Shown: in pieces, positions 49,574 to 61,234 of the stretch
Layout: every line of letters begins with the position of its first letter
Numbering within the stretch: the stretch's first letter is position 1
Source of the DNA: an uncultured Pelagibacteraceae bacterium
GTDB lineage: Bacteria; Pseudomonadota; Alphaproteobacteria; Pelagibacterales; Pelagibacteraceae
Direction of reading: 5' to 3'
Assembly (NCBI GenBank): GCA_902524595.1
Contig: CABZDS010000002.1
Location: forward strand, 2,793 to 66,792
DNA: 64,000 bases
Translations under genes and position numbers: made by a program
The notes under the pieces: model-generated
What the model saw: only the letters and a program-made list of their open reading frames with translations
Databases searched by the model: none
Told to the model about the DNA's origin: nothing

Positions 49574-51253
49574 ATGTTTTTAAAAATTTTTTGTTTTATA
49601 ATATTAATTCTATATCAAACAAATCTATATTCAAAAGCAGCGAATGAAAAAGAATTCAACCAGAAGTATCTATCAAATTATCTTTCAGCATTATTATCAT
49701 TTGATAATCAGAAAAATAACGAAGCTCTTAAGTTTTTTGAAAATTCAAAAATATTAATTCAATCACACGATAGTTTTTTGCAAGAATATGTATTCTCTTT
49801 ACTTTTGGATGGACAGGTTAAAAAAGCAATTAATCAGGTAAAATATTCTAATGCCTCTATAGGAGGAGATTTTTTTGAGGGGAATTTATTATTAATTTTA
49901 GATAGCATTAATAAGAAAAAGTTTAAACAAGCAGCTTTAAAGTTAAAAAAGTTAGAAAAGTTCAAGGAGGACGACTCATACAAATTTATTATTTATTCTA
50001 GCCTAAAAAGTTATCTTGATCTCTTTATTTATAAAAAATCAGACATTGTTGAACAATTTGGAAAATTAGATTTGATAAATATGGCTTTTCAAAATTGTTA
50101 TTTAAATTCCAAAAAAACTGAGCCTTATTTTTTAGATTTAATTAACGATTCTCAAAGTGATTACTCTAGATACATTTTTTTTTATTTGAGTAACGAAGTG
50201 TTTAATAATCATTTTGCAACAGCTAATAGTTTTGCTGATAAAATAGACCCTTTGAGAAGTAGTTTACTTATTTCTCAAGTAAAAAAATGGATCGATGAAA
50301 AAAAATACAAAAAATTAACACAACATTTTTCATGTCAGAATGAGAATGACATTTTGGCAGAATTCTTTTTCCTAATATCTAATTTTTACTCATCACAATA
50401 TAGATTTGATTACTCAAACATATATTTAAATATTTCAAATTATTTAAATCCAAAATTTTATTTTAATTTATCTCTTATAGCCGAAAACTATCAGTCTAAT
50501 AATAATTATGATCTAGCAAAAAAAACTTTTGAAAAATTTGATGATAGGGATGAAATATTTTTTTGGTACAAAACAAAGAAGATTGCAAGAATTATAGCAG
50601 AAGAAGAAAATTATGATGCAAGTTTGAACTATATATTAAAAAATCTTGAAAAATTTAGTAATAAATCCACAAAGATGAATTTTGATTTGGCAAATATTTA
50701 CAAAAACTTTAAAAAATATGATGAGGCTATAAATTATTATACTTTGGCGTTAAAAAATTTGGATAAAGATTCTTTGGCTTATGCAGATGTTCTTTATCGC
50801 AGAGGCGGAGCTTATGAAAGATTAAAAAATTATGATTTGGCGGATAAGGATTTGCTAAATTCAATTAAAATTAGACCTGATGAACCGTATACACTTAACT
50901 ATCTCGCTTATAGCTGGTTAGAAAGAGGATATAAAATTGAAGAAGCAATAGAAATGTTAAATAAAGCTTACAAAGGGAAAGAAGAAGACCCTTATATAAC
51001 AGACTCTGTTGGTTGGGGTTATTATTTGACAGGAAATTATATTGAGGCAGAAAAATATTTAAGAAAAGCTGTTGAATTGTTACCAAGTGATCCTGTTGCA
51101 AGTGATCATTATGGAGATGTCCTTTGGAAATTAAATAGAAAAATCCAAGCTAATTATTTTTGGAAAAGTACTTTTAATAGCGATGAAGCAGATGAAGAAT
51201 TAAAAATTAAAGTTAAGGAAAAATTATATAATGGCTTAAACAATAATTCTTAA
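49574..51253 (+). CDS. Periplasmic TPR protein
   Basis: Signal peptide, TPR repeats, LNYLAYSW, DSVGW.YY, DHYGDVLW; upstream of ispE. Confidence 0.88.
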   Translation: MFLKIFCFIILILYQTNLYSKAANEKEFNQKYLSNYLSALLSFDNQKNNEALKFFENSKILIQSHDSFLQEYVFSLLLDGQVKKAINQVKYSNASIGGDFFEGNLLLILDSINKKKFKQAALKLKKLEKFKEDDSYKFIIYSSLKSYLDLFIYKKSDIVEQFGKLDLINMAFQNCYLNSKKTEPYFLDLINDSQSDYSRYIFFYLSNEVFNNHFATANSFADKIDPLRSSLLISQVKKWIDEKKYKKLTQHFSCQNENDILAEFFFLISNFYSSQYRFDYSNIYLNISNYLNPKFYFNLSLIAENYQSNNNYDLAKKTFEKFDDRDEIFFWYKTKKIARIIAEEENYDASLNYILKNLEKFSNKSTKMNFDLANIYKNFKKYDEAINYYTLALKNLDKDSLAYADVLYRRGGAYERLKNYDLADKDLLNSIKIRPDEPYTLNYLAYSWLERGYKIEEAIEMLNKAYKGKEEDPYITDSVGWGYYLTGNYIEAEKYLRKAVELLPSDPVASDHYGDVLWKLNRKIQANYFWKSTFNSDEADEELKIKVKEKLYNGLNNNS

Positions 51254-52096
51254 ATGAAGTTTCATAAAATAAAATCTTTTGCAAAAGTAAATTTAACTTT
51301 AAAAATTCTAAATAAATATTCAAATGGTTATCATAAAATTGAAAGTTTAATATCTAAGATCAATTTGGCTGATGAGATTTTAATAAAAGAGATACAAGGT
51401 TCAAAAAATAGAATATCATTTAGTGGGAAATTCTCCTTAAATATTTCAAATACAAATACAATTTCAAAACTACTAAAAATCTTAGATAATCAAAATTATA
51501 CCAAAAATAAAAAATTCAATATCATAGTAAAAAAAAATATACCACAATCCTCTGGTATGGGGGGAGGATCAATGAATGCAGCATCCATTTTGAGTTATCT
51601 ATTTAAAAAAAGAATGATCAAAACTACAAAAAATAATTTAATTAAAATTGCAAATAAAGTTGGTTCAGATGTAATTTTGGGTCTTTATAAGAGCCCAATG
51701 ATTCTTAAGGGTCAAAATATAATTAAAATTAATAAAAAATTAAATTTTCATTTGTTAATCATAAAGCCTAATTTTGGATGTTCTACTAAGTTAATTTATG
51801 CAAAACACAGAGGATTTTCAAAGAGCCTATTTAACAAATCATATAAGATTAACAGACAGGACTTATTAAAAGTTTCAAATAACGATTTAGAGAGAGCAGC
51901 TTTTAATAAATATCCAATTTTAGGAAAGATCAAAAGTTACTTGCTAAATTTAGATAATATTTACTTTGCAAATATGACAGGGACGGGTTCCACCATAATT
52001 GGTTATTTTTTAACAAAAAATGCGGCAATAAAAGCTCAAAAAAAATTAAAAAATAAATATAAATACTATTGGTGTATTTACTCTAAAACTATATAA
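51254..52096 (+). CDS. ispE: 4-diphosphocytidyl-2-C-methyl-D-erythritol kinase
   Basis: AKVNL.L, GYH.IES, KNIP..SGMGGGS.NAA, GSDV, MTGTGST. Confidence 0.93.
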   Translation: MKFHKIKSFAKVNLTLKILNKYSNGYHKIESLISKINLADEILIKEIQGSKNRISFSGKFSLNISNTNTISKLLKILDNQNYTKNKKFNIIVKKNIPQSSGMGGGSMNAASILSYLFKKRMIKTTKNNLIKIANKVGSDVILGLYKSPMILKGQNIIKINKKLNFHLLIIKPNFGCSTKLIYAKHRGFSKSLFNKSYKINRQDLLKVSNNDLERAAFNKYPILGKIKSYLLNLDNIYFANMTGTGSTIIGYFLTKNAAIKAQKKLKNKYKYYWCIYSKTI

Positions 52097-52127
52097 AGCT
52101 TTTTTTTTGTGTTATACGAAAACATCT

Positions 52128-52202
52128 TGGGGTGTAGCCAAGTGGTAAGGCAGCGGTTTTTGGTACCGCCATTCCTAGGTTCGAATCCTAGCACCCCAGC
52201 CA
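52128..52202 (+). tRNA. tRNA-Gln(UUG)
   Basis: Cloverleaf: TGGGGTG/CACCCCA acceptor, GCGGT-TTTTGGT-ACCGC anticodon arm, GGTTCGAATCC, encoded CCA. Confidence 0.97.
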
Positions 52203-52205
52203 TTT

Positions 52206-53477
52206 ATGAAAACTTTACTAAGAAAAATTTTTCAAAACAAAAAAATTTCAAGCGATAAAGATCTCAAATTCCAAGATTTAAAAAATAATACGAGAGTATA
52301 TAAAATATTTAGTGCAATAAATAACTACAATGAAACTAGCGAGGTTAGATATGTTGGTGGTTGTGTAAGAAAAATTTTAAATGATGAAAAGACAGACGAT
52401 ATCGACTTTGCAACTAATTTAACTCCTGATCAGGTTAAGAAATGCTTAGATAAAAACCAAATAAAGTTTTTTGAAACAGGAATTGAACATGGCACAATCA
52501 CAGCAGTGATTGATGATCAAAATTTTGAAATTACAACATTAAGAAAAGATATAAAAACAGATGGAAGACATGCTGTTGTAGAATATACAACTAATTGGAA
52601 GGAAGACTCATTAAGGAGAGATTTTTCAATAAATTCAATATATTCAGATTTAGATGGGAATTTGTATGATCCAAATTCTGGTCATAAAGATTTAAACGTT
52701 GGAAAAATTAAATTTATAGGTGATCCAGAAACTAGAATAAAAGAAGATTATTTAAGAATTATTAGATATTTAAGATTTTATACTGAATATAGCAAAATCG
52801 ATCATGAGATTAATATTATTAAAATCATTAAAAAAAATATTGAGGGTTTGGGAAAAATATCAAAAGAAAGACAATTCAATGAATTAAAAAAAATTCTCAA
52901 ATTGGATAATTTTTTAAATTTATTTAAAAATAAAACCTCTTATGAATTATTTTCATTAATTTTCCCTCAACTAAAAAACTTAAAAAAAATAAGTAATTTA
53001 TCAAAACCCTTAGAAAAGATATTAAAAAATAAAAGTTTATATTTCGTAATTTCTTTTCTCGTAATTGATGAAACCGACAATTCTGACTATTTTGTATATA
53101 AATATAATTTACCCAATGAGTTAAAAGATAAAATTAAATTTCTAAAATATAATTCGCTCAATAAAAATAGTACTGAAATTTTTAATAAGAAAGAATTACA
53201 AAAAATATTTTATTACGAAGGCAAATTTAGCACAATAGATTTAATTGATTTCAATCTGTTATATTTTAAACAAAGTAAGAAACTTTCTGAATTAAAAACA
53301 TATTTTGAAAAATTAGATAAACCAGAATTTCCAATAAAAGCTCAGTTATTAATAAATGATTATGGATTAAAGGAGGGAAGGGAATTGGGTCAAAAATTAA
53401 AAAATTTAGAAATGAAATGGATTGAAAATAATTTTAATTTATCAAAAAAAGATATAGAAAAAGTTTTATCAAATTAA
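52206..53477 (+). CDS. cca: CCA-adding tRNA nucleotidyltransferase
   Basis: [35 protein letters not shown]. Confidence 0.92.
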   Translation: MKTLLRKIFQNKKISSDKDLKFQDLKNNTRVYKIFSAINNYNETSEVRYVGGCVRKILNDEKTDDIDFATNLTPDQVKKCLDKNQIKFFETGIEHGTITAVIDDQNFEITTLRKDIKTDGRHAVVEYTTNWKEDSLRRDFSINSIYSDLDGNLYDPNSGHKDLNVGKIKFIGDPETRIKEDYLRIIRYLRFYTEYSKIDHEINIIKIIKKNIEGLGKISKERQFNELKKILKLDNFLNLFKNKTSYELFSLIFPQLKNLKKISNLSKPLEKILKNKSLYFVISFLVIDETDNSDYFVYKYNLPNELKDKIKFLKYNSLNKNSTEIFNKKELQKIFYYEGKFSTIDLIDFNLLYFKQSKKLSELKTYFEKLDKPEFPIKAQLLINDYGLKEGRELGQKLKNLEMKWIENNFNLSKKDIEKVLSN

Positions 53478-53950
53478 ACGTATTTTACGTCTACAATCTC
53501 AAAATTTTTTGTCCCTGCTGGTGTATTTATCTCTACAAGATCCCCTTTATTTTTACCTATGAGACCTTTTCCTATTGGTGATTGAAAATAAAGAAGCTTT
53601 TGTTTTAGATCTGCCTCGTCTTTACCAACAATTTTGTAATTTATTTTTTCATTTGTATCTAAATTTTGAAGGTGGACTGTTGATCCAAATATCACTTTTC
53701 CATCATTACTAATCTTGGTGATATCAATTACATTTGCTCTTGCAATTAAATCCTCAACTTCTTGAATTCTTCCCTCGTTATGTGATTGCTGTTCTTTTGC
53801 AGCATGATATTCAGCATTTTCTTTCAAATCTCCATGTGATCTTGCCTCAGCGATGGCTGCAACAATTTTGGGTCTTTTTTTTCCTTTTAAAAAAATTAAT
53901 TCACTTTTTAATTTTTCTAATCCTTCAGTAGTAATTGGTTCTTTATCCAT
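53474..53950 (-). CDS. greA: Transcription elongation factor GreA
   Basis: [27 protein letters not shown]. Confidence 0.97.
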   Translation of the reverse strand: MDKEPITTEGLEKLKSELIFLKGKKRPKIVAAIAEARSHGDLKENAEYHAAKEQQSHNEGRIQEVEDLIARANVIDITKISNDGKVIFGSTVHLQNLDTNEKINYKIVGKDEADLKQKLLYFQSPIGKGLIGKNKGDLVEINTPAGTKNFEIVDVKYV

Positions 53951-53953
53951 AAT

Positions 53954-54778
53954 TTACCATTTAGCTGTTGGCGGCAACGACATAAGTATAGCTTCAACAT
54001 TTCCGCCGGTTTGTAAACCAAATTTTGTTCCCCTATCATGTAATAAATTAAATTCAACATATCTGCCTCTTTTTTTGTATTGAATATCTTTATCTTTAAT
54101 TGTCCATTTTAATTTATTTTTTTTCTCAATTATTTCATTAGAAATGTTTTTAAAACTTATTCCTACTTCTCTTACAAAAGAAAAATCTTTTTCCCAATTA
54201 TCTTTTTTATAATCAAAAAAAATTCCGCCAATTCCTCTTCGCTCTTTTCTATGCGGTAAATAAAAATATTCATCACACCACTTTTTATATTTTTTGTAAT
54301 AATTTTTGTTGTATTTATCACATGATTTTTTAAGTTCTGAATGAAACCAATTTTCTAATTTCTTATCTTTCATACAAGGTGTAACATCCATTCCACCTCC
54401 AAACCAACCAAATGAAGTAACTATATACCTAGTGTTAAAATGCATTGCAGGCACATGAGGATTTTTCATATGCATAACAACAGATATTCCAGATGCCCAA
54501 AACTTAGAGCTCTTTTTTGTACCTGGAACTTTATTTTTAAATTCGTTTGAAAATTTTCCATAAACTTCTGAAAAATTTACTCCAACTTTATCAAAAATTT
54601 TACCGTTTTCTAAAATTCTGTATTGTCCACCACCTTCATCATTACTTTTACTTCTATTCCAATTTGTAATTTTAAATTTGGTTTTATTGCCTTCTTTTTC
54701 CTCTATTTCTCTACAAAGTACTTCTTGCAAGGTTTTAAACCAATTTTTTGCTAATTTCTTTTTTATGTATTGATCCAT
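53954..54778 (-). CDS. hemF: Oxygen-dependent coproporphyrinogen III oxidase
   Basis: H..NPHVPAMHFNTR, WFGGG.D.TP, RGIGGIFFD, RGRYVEFNL. Confidence 0.97.
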   Translation of the reverse strand: MDQYIKKKLAKNWFKTLQEVLCREIEEKEGNKTKFKITNWNRSKSNDEGGGQYRILENGKIFDKVGVNFSEVYGKFSNEFKNKVPGTKKSSKFWASGISVVMHMKNPHVPAMHFNTRYIVTSFGWFGGGMDVTPCMKDKKLENWFHSELKKSCDKYNKNYYKKYKKWCDEYFYLPHRKERRGIGGIFFDYKKDNWEKDFSFVREVGISFKNISNEIIEKKNKLKWTIKDKDIQYKKRGRYVEFNLLHDRGTKFGLQTGGNVEAILMSLPPTAKW

Positions 54779-55255
54779 TTAACCTAACTGTCTTATAAAT
54801 TCTGAAGCTCCAATAGCTACTGATATTGAAATGTTCAACGATCTTTTACTTTTAAGCATTGGAATCTTAATTCTTTCATTAACCTTAGAATGTACATCTT
54901 CTGGAACACCTGCACTTTCTCTGCCAAAGAGTAATATGTCATTACGCTTAAATTTAAACTTTGTATAAACTTTGCTAGCTTTTGTCGTCATTAAAACTAC
55001 TCTATTTTTACTATTTTCATCAAAGAATTCGTTAGGGCTCTTGTAAAATTTTATTTCACTGAAATCTAAATAATCCATAACAACTCTCTTGAACCTTTTA
55101 TCGCTAAATAAAAACCCACAGGGTTCAATGATTTCTAAACCAGCCCCTAGGCAAGAACAAGTTCGAATAATTGAAGCTGTATTTTGAGGAATATCTGGTT
55201 GATATAGAGCTATTTTTAGACCGTGTTTTAAAGGTTTCTGTGTCATTGTTACCAT
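54779..55255 (-). CDS. trmL: tRNA (cytidine/uridine-2'-O)-methyltransferase
   Basis: LYQPDIPQNT, LLFGRESAGVP, IPM....RSLN. Confidence 0.92.
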   Translation of the reverse strand: MVTMTQKPLKHGLKIALYQPDIPQNTASIIRTCSCLGAGLEIIEPCGFLFSDKRFKRVVMDYLDFSEIKFYKSPNEFFDENSKNRVVLMTTKASKVYTKFKFKRNDILLFGRESAGVPEDVHSKVNERIKIPMLKSKRSLNISISVAIGASEFIRQLG

Positions 55256-55315
55256 AGAAATATCTCTTTTTTATTATATGAAATCATATATTAGCAACTA
55301 TATAGATTATTAATA

Positions 55316-55837
55316 ATGTCAGATCAAAAAGACGAAAAAAAGACTGAAAGAAGAGATTTCTTATTCACAGCCACTGCAGCAGCAGGTGTAGTGGGAGTAG
55401 GCGCAGCAGTTTGGCCATTAGTAGACCAGATGAACCCAGACGCCTCTGTAAAAGCATTAGCAAGCACAGAAGTAGATGTGAGTTCTATGCAACCTGGTCA
55501 GTCTTTAACAGTTCTTTGGAGAGGTAAACCAGTTTTTATTAAAAGAAGAACTGAAGATGAAATTAAAAAAGCGAAAGCAGTTGATATTAATGATCTTAAG
55601 CATCCTGAAAAAGATGAGGATAGAACAAAAAATCCTGAATGGTTGGTGATGCTTGGAATTTGTACTCATCTTGGATGTGTACCATTGACGGATAAAGGTG
55701 ATTATGATGGTTGGTTTTGCCCTTGTCATGGTTCTCATTATGATACATCTGGTAGAATTAGAAAAGGACCGGCTCCGACTAACATGGAGATACCTAAATA
55801 CGAATTTGTAAATACTAATACGATTAAGATTGGATAA
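55316..55837 (+). CDS. petA: Ubiquinol-cytochrome c reductase Rieske subunit
   Basis: Tat RRDFL, CTHLGC, CPCHGS. Confidence 0.98.
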   Translation: MSDQKDEKKTERRDFLFTATAAAGVVGVGAAVWPLVDQMNPDASVKALASTEVDVSSMQPGQSLTVLWRGKPVFIKRRTEDEIKKAKAVDINDLKHPEKDEDRTKNPEWLVMLGICTHLGCVPLTDKGDYDGWFCPCHGSHYDTSGRIRKGPAPTNMEIPKYEFVNTNTIKIG

Positions 55838-55839
55838 AT

Positions 55840-57111
55840 ATGAGTGATCACGAATATACACCTAGTTCAAAATTTGGAAAATGGTTTAATGATAGACTGC
55901 CTTTACTTACTCTGGCAAATCACTTAACAGATTACCCTACACCAAAAAATTTAAATTACTGGTGGACTTTTGGTGGAATATTAACTTTTTGCTTAATTAC
56001 CCAAATAGTTACAGGATTAGTTTTAGCTATGCACTACATTGCTCATGCAGATATGGCATTCAGCAGTGTTGAACATATTATGAGAGATGTAAATTATGGA
56101 TGGTTGTTAAGATATGTTCATGCAAATGGTGCTTCTATGTTTTTCTTAGCAGTTTATATTCATATTTTTAGATCATTATTTTACGGCTCATATAAATCAC
56201 CTAGAGAAATAATTTGGATACTTGGAATTATAATTTATTTGCTAATGATGGCAGCTGCCTTTATGGGATATGTTCTTCCTTGGGGTCAAATGAGTTTTTG
56301 GGGAGCAACAGTAATAACCAACTTATTTAGTGCAATCCCACTTGTGGGGGAAAGTATAACAACTTGGTTATGGGGTGGTTACTCAGTTGACAATCCAACT
56401 CTAACAAGATTTTTTACTCTTCATTACTTGATACCGTTTTTAATACTAGGTCTTGTAGTACTTCACATATGGGCTTTACATGTTCCTGGAAATAACAATC
56501 CAGTTGGTATTGATATTAAAAAACCGTCTAAAGATACAGTTCCGTTTCATCCATACATCGTAATTAAAGATGCTTTTGCGTTACTAATGTTTTGTATTGT
56601 TTTTGCGTTGTTTGTATTTTACCAACCAAATATTTTAGGACATGCTGATAATTATATCGAAGCGGATCCGCTTGTTACTCCAGCTCATATAGTTCCTGAA
56701 TGGTACTTATTACCATTTTATGCGATCTTAAGATCTGTTCCTGATAAACTTATGGGTGTTGTGGCTATGTTATCAGCTATTTTAATTTTAGCTGCTTTAC
56801 CATGGTTGGATACGTCAAAAGTTAGATCAGCAGTTTTCAGACCATTATTTAGACAGTTCTACTGGATCTTGGTAGCCGATGTTTTAATTCTAGGATATGT
56901 AGGGGCAATGCCAGCTGAAGGATTGTACTTGTTAATAGCAAGAGTTGCTACAGCGTATTACTTTGCGCATTTTTTAATTATTCTTCCAGTTTTAGGATGG
57001 AAAGAAAAAACCACCCCGCTGCCTTTGAGTATTACCGAACCAGTTTTAGGAGGTTCACCAAATTTAGCTGCAGCAAGGAGTGATGAAAAAATAGAAAAAA
57101 CAATAAAGTGA
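55840..57111 (+). CDS. petB: Cytochrome b
   Basis: [22 protein letters not shown]. Confidence 0.99.
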   Translation: MSDHEYTPSSKFGKWFNDRLPLLTLANHLTDYPTPKNLNYWWTFGGILTFCLITQIVTGLVLAMHYIAHADMAFSSVEHIMRDVNYGWLLRYVHANGASMFFLAVYIHIFRSLFYGSYKSPREIIWILGIIIYLLMMAAAFMGYVLPWGQMSFWGATVITNLFSAIPLVGESITTWLWGGYSVDNPTLTRFFTLHYLIPFLILGLVVLHIWALHVPGNNNPVGIDIKKPSKDTVPFHPYIVIKDAFALLMFCIVFALFVFYQPNILGHADNYIEADPLVTPAHIVPEWYLLPFYAILRSVPDKLMGVVAMLSAILILAALPWLDTSKVRSAVFRPLFRQFYWILVADVLILGYVGAMPAEGLYLLIARVATAYYFAHFLIILPVLGWKEKTTPLPLSITEPVLGGSPNLAAARSDEKIEKTIK

Positions 57112-57890
57112 GTAAGTTAAAAAATATTTTTTTTGTATTAATATTCTCAATTATTGCACTAAATTCATCTAACTCTGCAGAAAAATCACCACCTTTTTTA
57201 GAGACTAAATGGACTTTCAAAGGTCTATTCGGAAAATTTGATAGAGCATCACTGCAAAGAGGTTATCAAGTATATACTGAAGTATGTGCATCTTGCCATT
57301 CTATGAAATATTTATCCTATAGAAATTTAGCAGAAACGGGTGGACCAGAATTTTCTGAAGCTGAGGCCAAAGCAATAGCTGCAAGTTTTGAGGTAACAGA
57401 TGGCCCAGACAGCACTGGAGAAATGTTTGTAAGACCAGCGAAATTATCTGATAAATTCGTGATGCCATATGCTAATGAGCAAGAAGCTAAAGCTGCTAAT
57501 GGTGGTGCTTATCCACCAGACATGTCAGTTCTAGTCAAGGCAAGAAAAGGCGGGGCAGATTATATTTATTCCTTATTGTTAGGATATTCTGAGCCACCAG
57601 AGGGTGTTGAACTCGATGATGGTGTTTATTACAATAAGTATATGTATGGGAATAAAATTAAAATGCCAGCTCCTTTGTCTGATGACTTAATTGAGTATAC
57701 AGATGGAACAAAAGCTACAGCTGAGCAAATGTCTAAAGATGTTACAAATTTTCTGATGTGGTCAGCTGAACCACATCTAGAGCAAAGACATAAAACAGGA
57801 TTTAGAGTTATAGCTTATTTGATAATATTGACTGTATTGGTCTACTTTTCAATGAAGAAGATATGGTCACGTGTTGAATCTAAAGTTTAG
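57108..57890 (+). CDS. petC: Cytochrome c1
   Basis: QRGYQVY.EVCASCH, PPDMS, C-terminal TM. Confidence 0.97.
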   Translation: MSKLKNIFFVLIFSIIALNSSNSAEKSPPFLETKWTFKGLFGKFDRASLQRGYQVYTEVCASCHSMKYLSYRNLAETGGPEFSEAEAKAIAASFEVTDGPDSTGEMFVRPAKLSDKFVMPYANEQEAKAANGGAYPPDMSVLVKARKGGADYIYSLLLGYSEPPEGVELDDGVYYNKYMYGNKIKMPAPLSDDLIEYTDGTKATAEQMSKDVTNFLMWSAEPHLEQRHKTGFRVIAYLIILTVLVYFSMKKIWSRVESKV

Positions 57891-58940
57891 AACATCCCCA
57901 TCTTTGACAATATAGTCTTTTCCTTCTAATCTCATTTTACCGTTTTCTCTAGATTTTAACCAACCACCACTACCAATAAAATCCTGATAAGACACAGTTT
58001 CAGCTCTTATAAAACCTTTTTCAAAATCTGAATGAATTATACCCGCTGCCTGAGGTGCCATACAATTTTTGTTAATAGTCCAAGCCCTTGTCTCCTCAAC
58101 TCCCGAAGTAAAAAACGTCTCTAAAGATAAAAGTTCATATCCTTTTTTGATTAATAAGTTTAACCCAGTATCATCAATGTTGATCATTTTCATATAGTTT
58201 TTTCTTTCTTCATTTTCTAGTTCATTTAATTGATTTTCTATTTCAGCTGAAATAGTTAAGGTATTTTTAAAACCATATTTTTCAATAAAACTTTTTGTAT
58301 AATCATTGCCTTTGTCAATGCTATTTTCATCAACATTACAAACATACAATTTAGGCTTTGTTGACAATAATCCTGATAATTTAACCTCCTTTTTATCAAA
58401 TTCGTCATATAATTTGTTTATATCATTATTATTATTAATTAAATTCTGAGCTCTTTCTAGAATTTGGTTTTGATTTTCATCATTATTTTTCTTATTTTTC
58501 TTACCCAGTCTTTTTTTAATAGATTCTAAATCAGCCAAAGACATTTCTGTTTCAATTATTTCTAAATCTCTAATTGGATCAACTGTTGGATTTACATTTT
58601 GAATATCATCAGAGTCAAAACACCTAATCAAATGAATAACAGCATCTACTTCTCTTATATGGGATAAGAATTTGTTACCCAATCCTTCACCTTTGGAGGC
58701 TCCCTCGACTAATCCGGCTATATCAACAAAAGATATTGTAGTATTAATTTTTTTTTTTGAATTTGAAATTTTAACCAATTCATCCAGTCTATAATCTGGC
58801 ACTGGAACTACACCTATATTTGGATCTATCGTACAGAAAGGAAAATTTGCTGCTTGAGCTTTACTTGAATTTGTAAGTGCATTAAACAAGGTAGATTTAC
58901 CAACATTTGGTAAACCAACTATACCACACTTAAAGCCCAT
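57867..58940 (-). CDS. ychF: Ribosome-binding ATPase YchF
   Basis: GLPNVGKSTLFN, NFPFCTI, DIAGLV, IHSDFEKGFIRAE. Confidence 0.98.
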   Translation of the reverse strand: MGFKCGIVGLPNVGKSTLFNALTNSSKAQAANFPFCTIDPNIGVVPVPDYRLDELVKISNSKKKINTTISFVDIAGLVEGASKGEGLGNKFLSHIREVDAVIHLIRCFDSDDIQNVNPTVDPIRDLEIIETEMSLADLESIKKRLGKKNKKNNDENQNQILERAQNLINNNNDINKLYDEFDKKEVKLSGLLSTKPKLYVCNVDENSIDKGNDYTKSFIEKYGFKNTLTISAEIENQLNELENEERKNYMKMINIDDTGLNLLIKKGYELLSLETFFTSGVEETRAWTINKNCMAPQAAGIIHSDFEKGFIRAETVSYQDFIGSGGWLKSRENGKMRLEGKDYIVKDGDVLNFRFNT

Positions 58941-59501
58941 TTAATTGTTGTTAACTTTGCTAGAGAACAAATCTAATTTTTTATCTATTAAAATAGCGAT
59001 AGAGTCTATTATATTGTGAGTAATTTTGTCTAAGTGCTCTTGTTCATCATCAGAAAAATCATTTAAAACAAAATCTGATACTGACATTTTATTCTCTGGC
59101 TTTCCAATCCCGATTCTCACTCTTGAATAGTCTTTTCCAATAAATTTATCTATGGAAGCAACTCCATTGTGTCCTGCACTTGATCCTCCAAATTTTGCTT
59201 TTATTTTTCCAAACTCTACGTCAAGATCATCATGAAAAACAATTACATCTTCTGCATCTATTTTGAAATATTCAAGCAACTCTCTTATACATATTCCTGA
59301 GTTGTTCATGAAAGTTAGGGGTTTGATAGCATAAATTTTCTTTTCCCCAATATTTCCTGTCGTAAGCAACCCCTTAAATTTTGGTTTTTGCTTTGAAAGA
59401 CCAAATTTTTGATTTATGGCATCTACAACTTTAAAACCTATATTATGTCTATTATTATGACTGTTTGGGGTAGGATTGCCCAAACCTACGAGTAACAACA
59501 T
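58941..59501 (-). CDS. pth: Peptidyl-tRNA hydrolase
   Basis: VGLGNP, RHNIGF, KP.TFMN, HDDLD, GHNG. Confidence 0.97.
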   Translation of the reverse strand: MLLLVGLGNPTPNSHNNRHNIGFKVVDAINQKFGLSKQKPKFKGLLTTGNIGEKKIYAIKPLTFMNNSGICIRELLEYFKIDAEDVIVFHDDLDVEFGKIKAKFGGSSAGHNGVASIDKFIGKDYSRVRIGIGKPENKMSVSDFVLNDFSDDEQEHLDKITHNIIDSIAILIDKKLDLFSSKVNNN

Positions 59502-59529
59502 TTTATTTTATTATTATTTTCACAGATTA

Positions 59530-60246
59530 TTATTTTTTCTCTGCTAGAGCTTTCCCTTCTTCTTTTCCTTTATCACCATCTGTAGCTTTTTCTGCACCTT
59601 CTTCAGGTTTAGCGTCTCCATCCGCAGCTGCCTCTGAAGCTTCTCCGCCATCTCCCTCGGCTTCTGCTGGTTTTTCAGGCTCTTTAACAACCGTTGGTGC
59701 TGCTACAGTTGCGATTACAAAGTCTCTTCCTTGAATTGTAGGTGTTACATTTTCAGGTAAATTTATAAAAGATATTTTAATACTTGCTCCAATATCTAAG
59801 TTATTTAAATCTACAACTAACTCCGTTGGTATGTTTTCTGTAGGACATCTCAATTCAACTTTTCGTCTTACAATATTCAAAACTCCACCTCTTTTTAATC
59901 CTGGTGATAATTCATGGTTTATAAATTTAACTGGAATTTCTAAAATTACTTTCGCACCTTTAACAATTCTTAAAAAATCTAAATGTATAGGCTCATCTGT
60001 AACCGTATCAAAATCAATAACTCTTGGTAAAACTTTATGTTCTTTCCCATCAATATTAATTGAGATTATGTTTGATAAAATATTTTCTTTATTTAATAAA
60101 TTTTTTACCTCTTTAACAGAGACAGAGATTTTTTGATTTGGCTCCTCTCCTCCATAAACTATTCCTGGAACCATACCTTTACTTCTAAGTGATTTTACTT
60201 CTCCCTTAGTTTTTGTTTCTCTTATTGTTGCTGCTAATAAACTCAT
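59530..60246 (-). CDS. rplY: 50S ribosomal protein L25/Ctc
   Basis: VPGIVYG, HLDF, PGLKRGGVL, acidic Ala-rich tail. Confidence 0.96.
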   Translation of the reverse strand: MSLLAATIRETKTKGEVKSLRSKGMVPGIVYGGEEPNQKISVSVKEVKNLLNKENILSNIISINIDGKEHKVLPRVIDFDTVTDEPIHLDFLRIVKGAKVILEIPVKFINHELSPGLKRGGVLNIVRRKVELRCPTENIPTELVVDLNNLDIGASIKISFINLPENVTPTIQGRDFVIATVAAPTVVKEPEKPAEAEGDGGEASEAAADGDAKPEEGAEKATDGDKGKEEGKALAEKK

Positions 60247-60291
60247 AAAGTGTCGGGTTTTTAACTTATGAAACTAAATTTTACAAGTAAA

Positions 60292-61224
60292 TTATTTAAA
60301 TAGATCTGATACTGAAGTTGAATTTGATATTCTTTTAATAGCTTCTCCAACCAAATTAGAGATTGTTAATACCTCAATATTCTTAGCTTTTTTAACTTTC
60401 ATTGAATTATCTATTGTATCAGTTACAACTAAATTTTTTATAGAGGATTTCTTAATTTTTTCAACAGCATTACCACTTAATACACCATGTGTTACATACA
60501 CATGTACATCTTTAGCTCCTTTTTTTTTTAATTCAGAAGCTGCATTTACAATTGTTCCACCAGAGTCGATTATATCATCAACTAATATACAGGTTTTATT
60601 TTTCACATTTCCAATTACATTCATTACTTCTGACTTTCCAGGAGCAGGTCTTCTTTTGTCTACTATTGCTAAATCTACATTTAACAATTTTCCTAAAGCC
60701 CTTGCTCTTGCGGTACCACCCACATCTGGAGCAACACAGATTATATTATTTTTTTTTAATTTCTTTTTTATATGTCTAGCAAATATTGGGGTTGCAAATA
60801 AGTTATCTACTGGAATATCAAAAAATCCTTGAATTTGTCCAGAGTGTAAATCAACTGTGACGACTCTATCTGCTCCTGCTTTTGCAATAAGGTTAGATAC
60901 AAGTTTTGCAGATATAGATGTTCTAGGAACCACCTTTCTATCTTGTCTTGCATATCCAAAATATGGGATCACAGCAGTTATGTTCTTGGCCGATGACCTT
61001 TTTAAAGCATCAATCGACAGTAGTAATTCCATTAAATTATCATTTGCAGGAGATGAAACGGATTGAATTAAGAAAATACTATTACCTCTAATATTTTCAT
61101 TAATTTCGACATAAATTTCTCCATCTGCAAATTTTCTTATATTTGAATTCACTAGTCTATTCTTTAAAAATTTTGATATTTTTTGACTAAGATGTTTATT
61201 ACTGTTTCCTGTGAGAATTTTCAT
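60292..61224 (-). CDS. prs: Ribose-phosphate pyrophosphokinase
   Basis: FADGE, PYFGYARQDR, DLH, VDDIIDSGGT. Confidence 0.98.
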   Translation of the reverse strand: MKILTGNSNKHLSQKISKFLKNRLVNSNIRKFADGEIYVEINENIRGNSIFLIQSVSSPANDNLMELLLSIDALKRSSAKNITAVIPYFGYARQDRKVVPRTSISAKLVSNLIAKAGADRVVTVDLHSGQIQGFFDIPVDNLFATPIFARHIKKKLKKNNIICVAPDVGGTARARALGKLLNVDLAIVDKRRPAPGKSEVMNVIGNVKNKTCILVDDIIDSGGTIVNAASELKKKGAKDVHVYVTHGVLSGNAVEKIKKSSIKNLVVTDTIDNSMKVKKAKNIEVLTISNLVGEAIKRISNSTSVSDLFK

Positions 61225-61234
61225 CCAAAGTAGC

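Noticed and set aside
59530-59700. GC-richer low-complexity stretch at the end of rplY
   Set aside because: Explained by the normal Ala/Glu/Gly-rich Ctc tail.
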